This document shows positions 63,553 through 64,000 of a DNA stretch of 64,000 nucleotides, one piece after another. The notes beneath the pieces are model-generated. The model saw nothing but the letters and a program-made list of their open reading frames with translations, did not search any database and had not been told where the DNA came from. Made by a program: the position numbers and the translations under genes. The stretch comes from Rudaea sp. (GTDB taxonomy: Bacteria > Pseudomonadota > Gammaproteobacteria > Xanthomonadales > Rhodanobacteraceae): contig DATNFS010000135.1 in assembly GCA_035606275.1 (NCBI GenBank), positions 793-64,792 on the forward strand, read 5' to 3'. Positions within the stretch are counted from its first letter, which is position 1, and each line of letters starts with the position of its first letter.

Positions 63553-64000
63553 ATGCCCAGCTTCCCGCCCGCGCCGTCGCCGGCCCCGAATGCGCCGTGG
63601 ATCGTGCTGAAATTCGGCGGTACCAGCGTGTCCAGGCGCGAGCGCTGGGACAACATCGCGGCGATCGCGCACGGCTGGCTCGCGCGCGGCAGGCGCGTCG
63701 TGGTCGTCGTGTCTGCGCTGTCGGGAATTACCGACAAGCTCAAGGCGCTGGCTGAAGCCGCCGCGGCGCCCGACCGCAGCGCGGTCCGGGATGCGATTGT
63801 CGAGCGCCATCGCTCGATGATCGACGAGCTGACGCTGACCGACCATGCGCCGATCCACTACTGGCTCGAACGGCTCGATGCGCTCGTCGCCAACCCGCGC
63901 GCCGACGCCGCAGCGCTGCCGTGGCAGGCCGAGGTGCTTGCGCTCGGTGAACTGATGTCGAGCACGCTCGGCGTGGCCTACCTGCGCGCGCTCGGCATGC
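63553..64000 (+). CDS. Aspartate kinase N-terminus (possibly bifunctional LysC/LysA); runs off window edge
   Basis: Hand translation WIVLKFGGTSVS..VVVVSALSGITDKL..GELMSSTL; alternative ATG at 63514. Confidence 0.85.
   Translation, partial: MPSFPPAPSPAPNAPWIVLKFGGTSVSRRERWDNIAAIAHGWLARGRRVVVVVSALSGITDKLKALAEAAAAPDRSAVRDAIVERHRSMIDELTLTDHAPIHYWLERLDALVANPRADAAALPWQAEVLALGELMSSTLGVAYLRALGM

Overview
A GC-rich chromosomal window whose gene content and order resemble Xanthomonadales/Rhodanobacteraceae (inference from synteny). The first half is mostly core genes: the kdsD-kdsC-lptCAB-rpoN-hpf-hprK-rapZ-EIIA-HPr-ptsI cluster, bolA-murA, purM-purN, hda, amgK-murU, an Rrf2-sufBCDSU operon, and a Fur-boxed TonB receptor-piuC pair. 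The second half is more accessory: two SET-domain genes, RNase T2, peptidases, an EF-G paralogue, three tandem secreted EF-hand genes, an old yellow enzyme, IorAB-type molybdoenzyme genes, an APC permease, phzF and the start of an aspartate kinase. I found no rRNA, tRNA, CRISPR array, integrase or transposase. The most unusual signals are non-coding. (1) Degenerate 7-bp tandem arrays, often as inverted pairs, sit at gene junctions of housekeeping operons, and one 6x7-bp array lies in frame inside purM. (2) A degenerate copy of the hprK 3' end lies directly downstream of hprK. (3) A dense multi-hairpin segment lies between the EF-hand cluster and a divergent YcfJ-like gene. (4) A palindrome overlaps the predicted suf -10 box. 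Start codons were refined by eye and all products are motif-based; no database searches were run.
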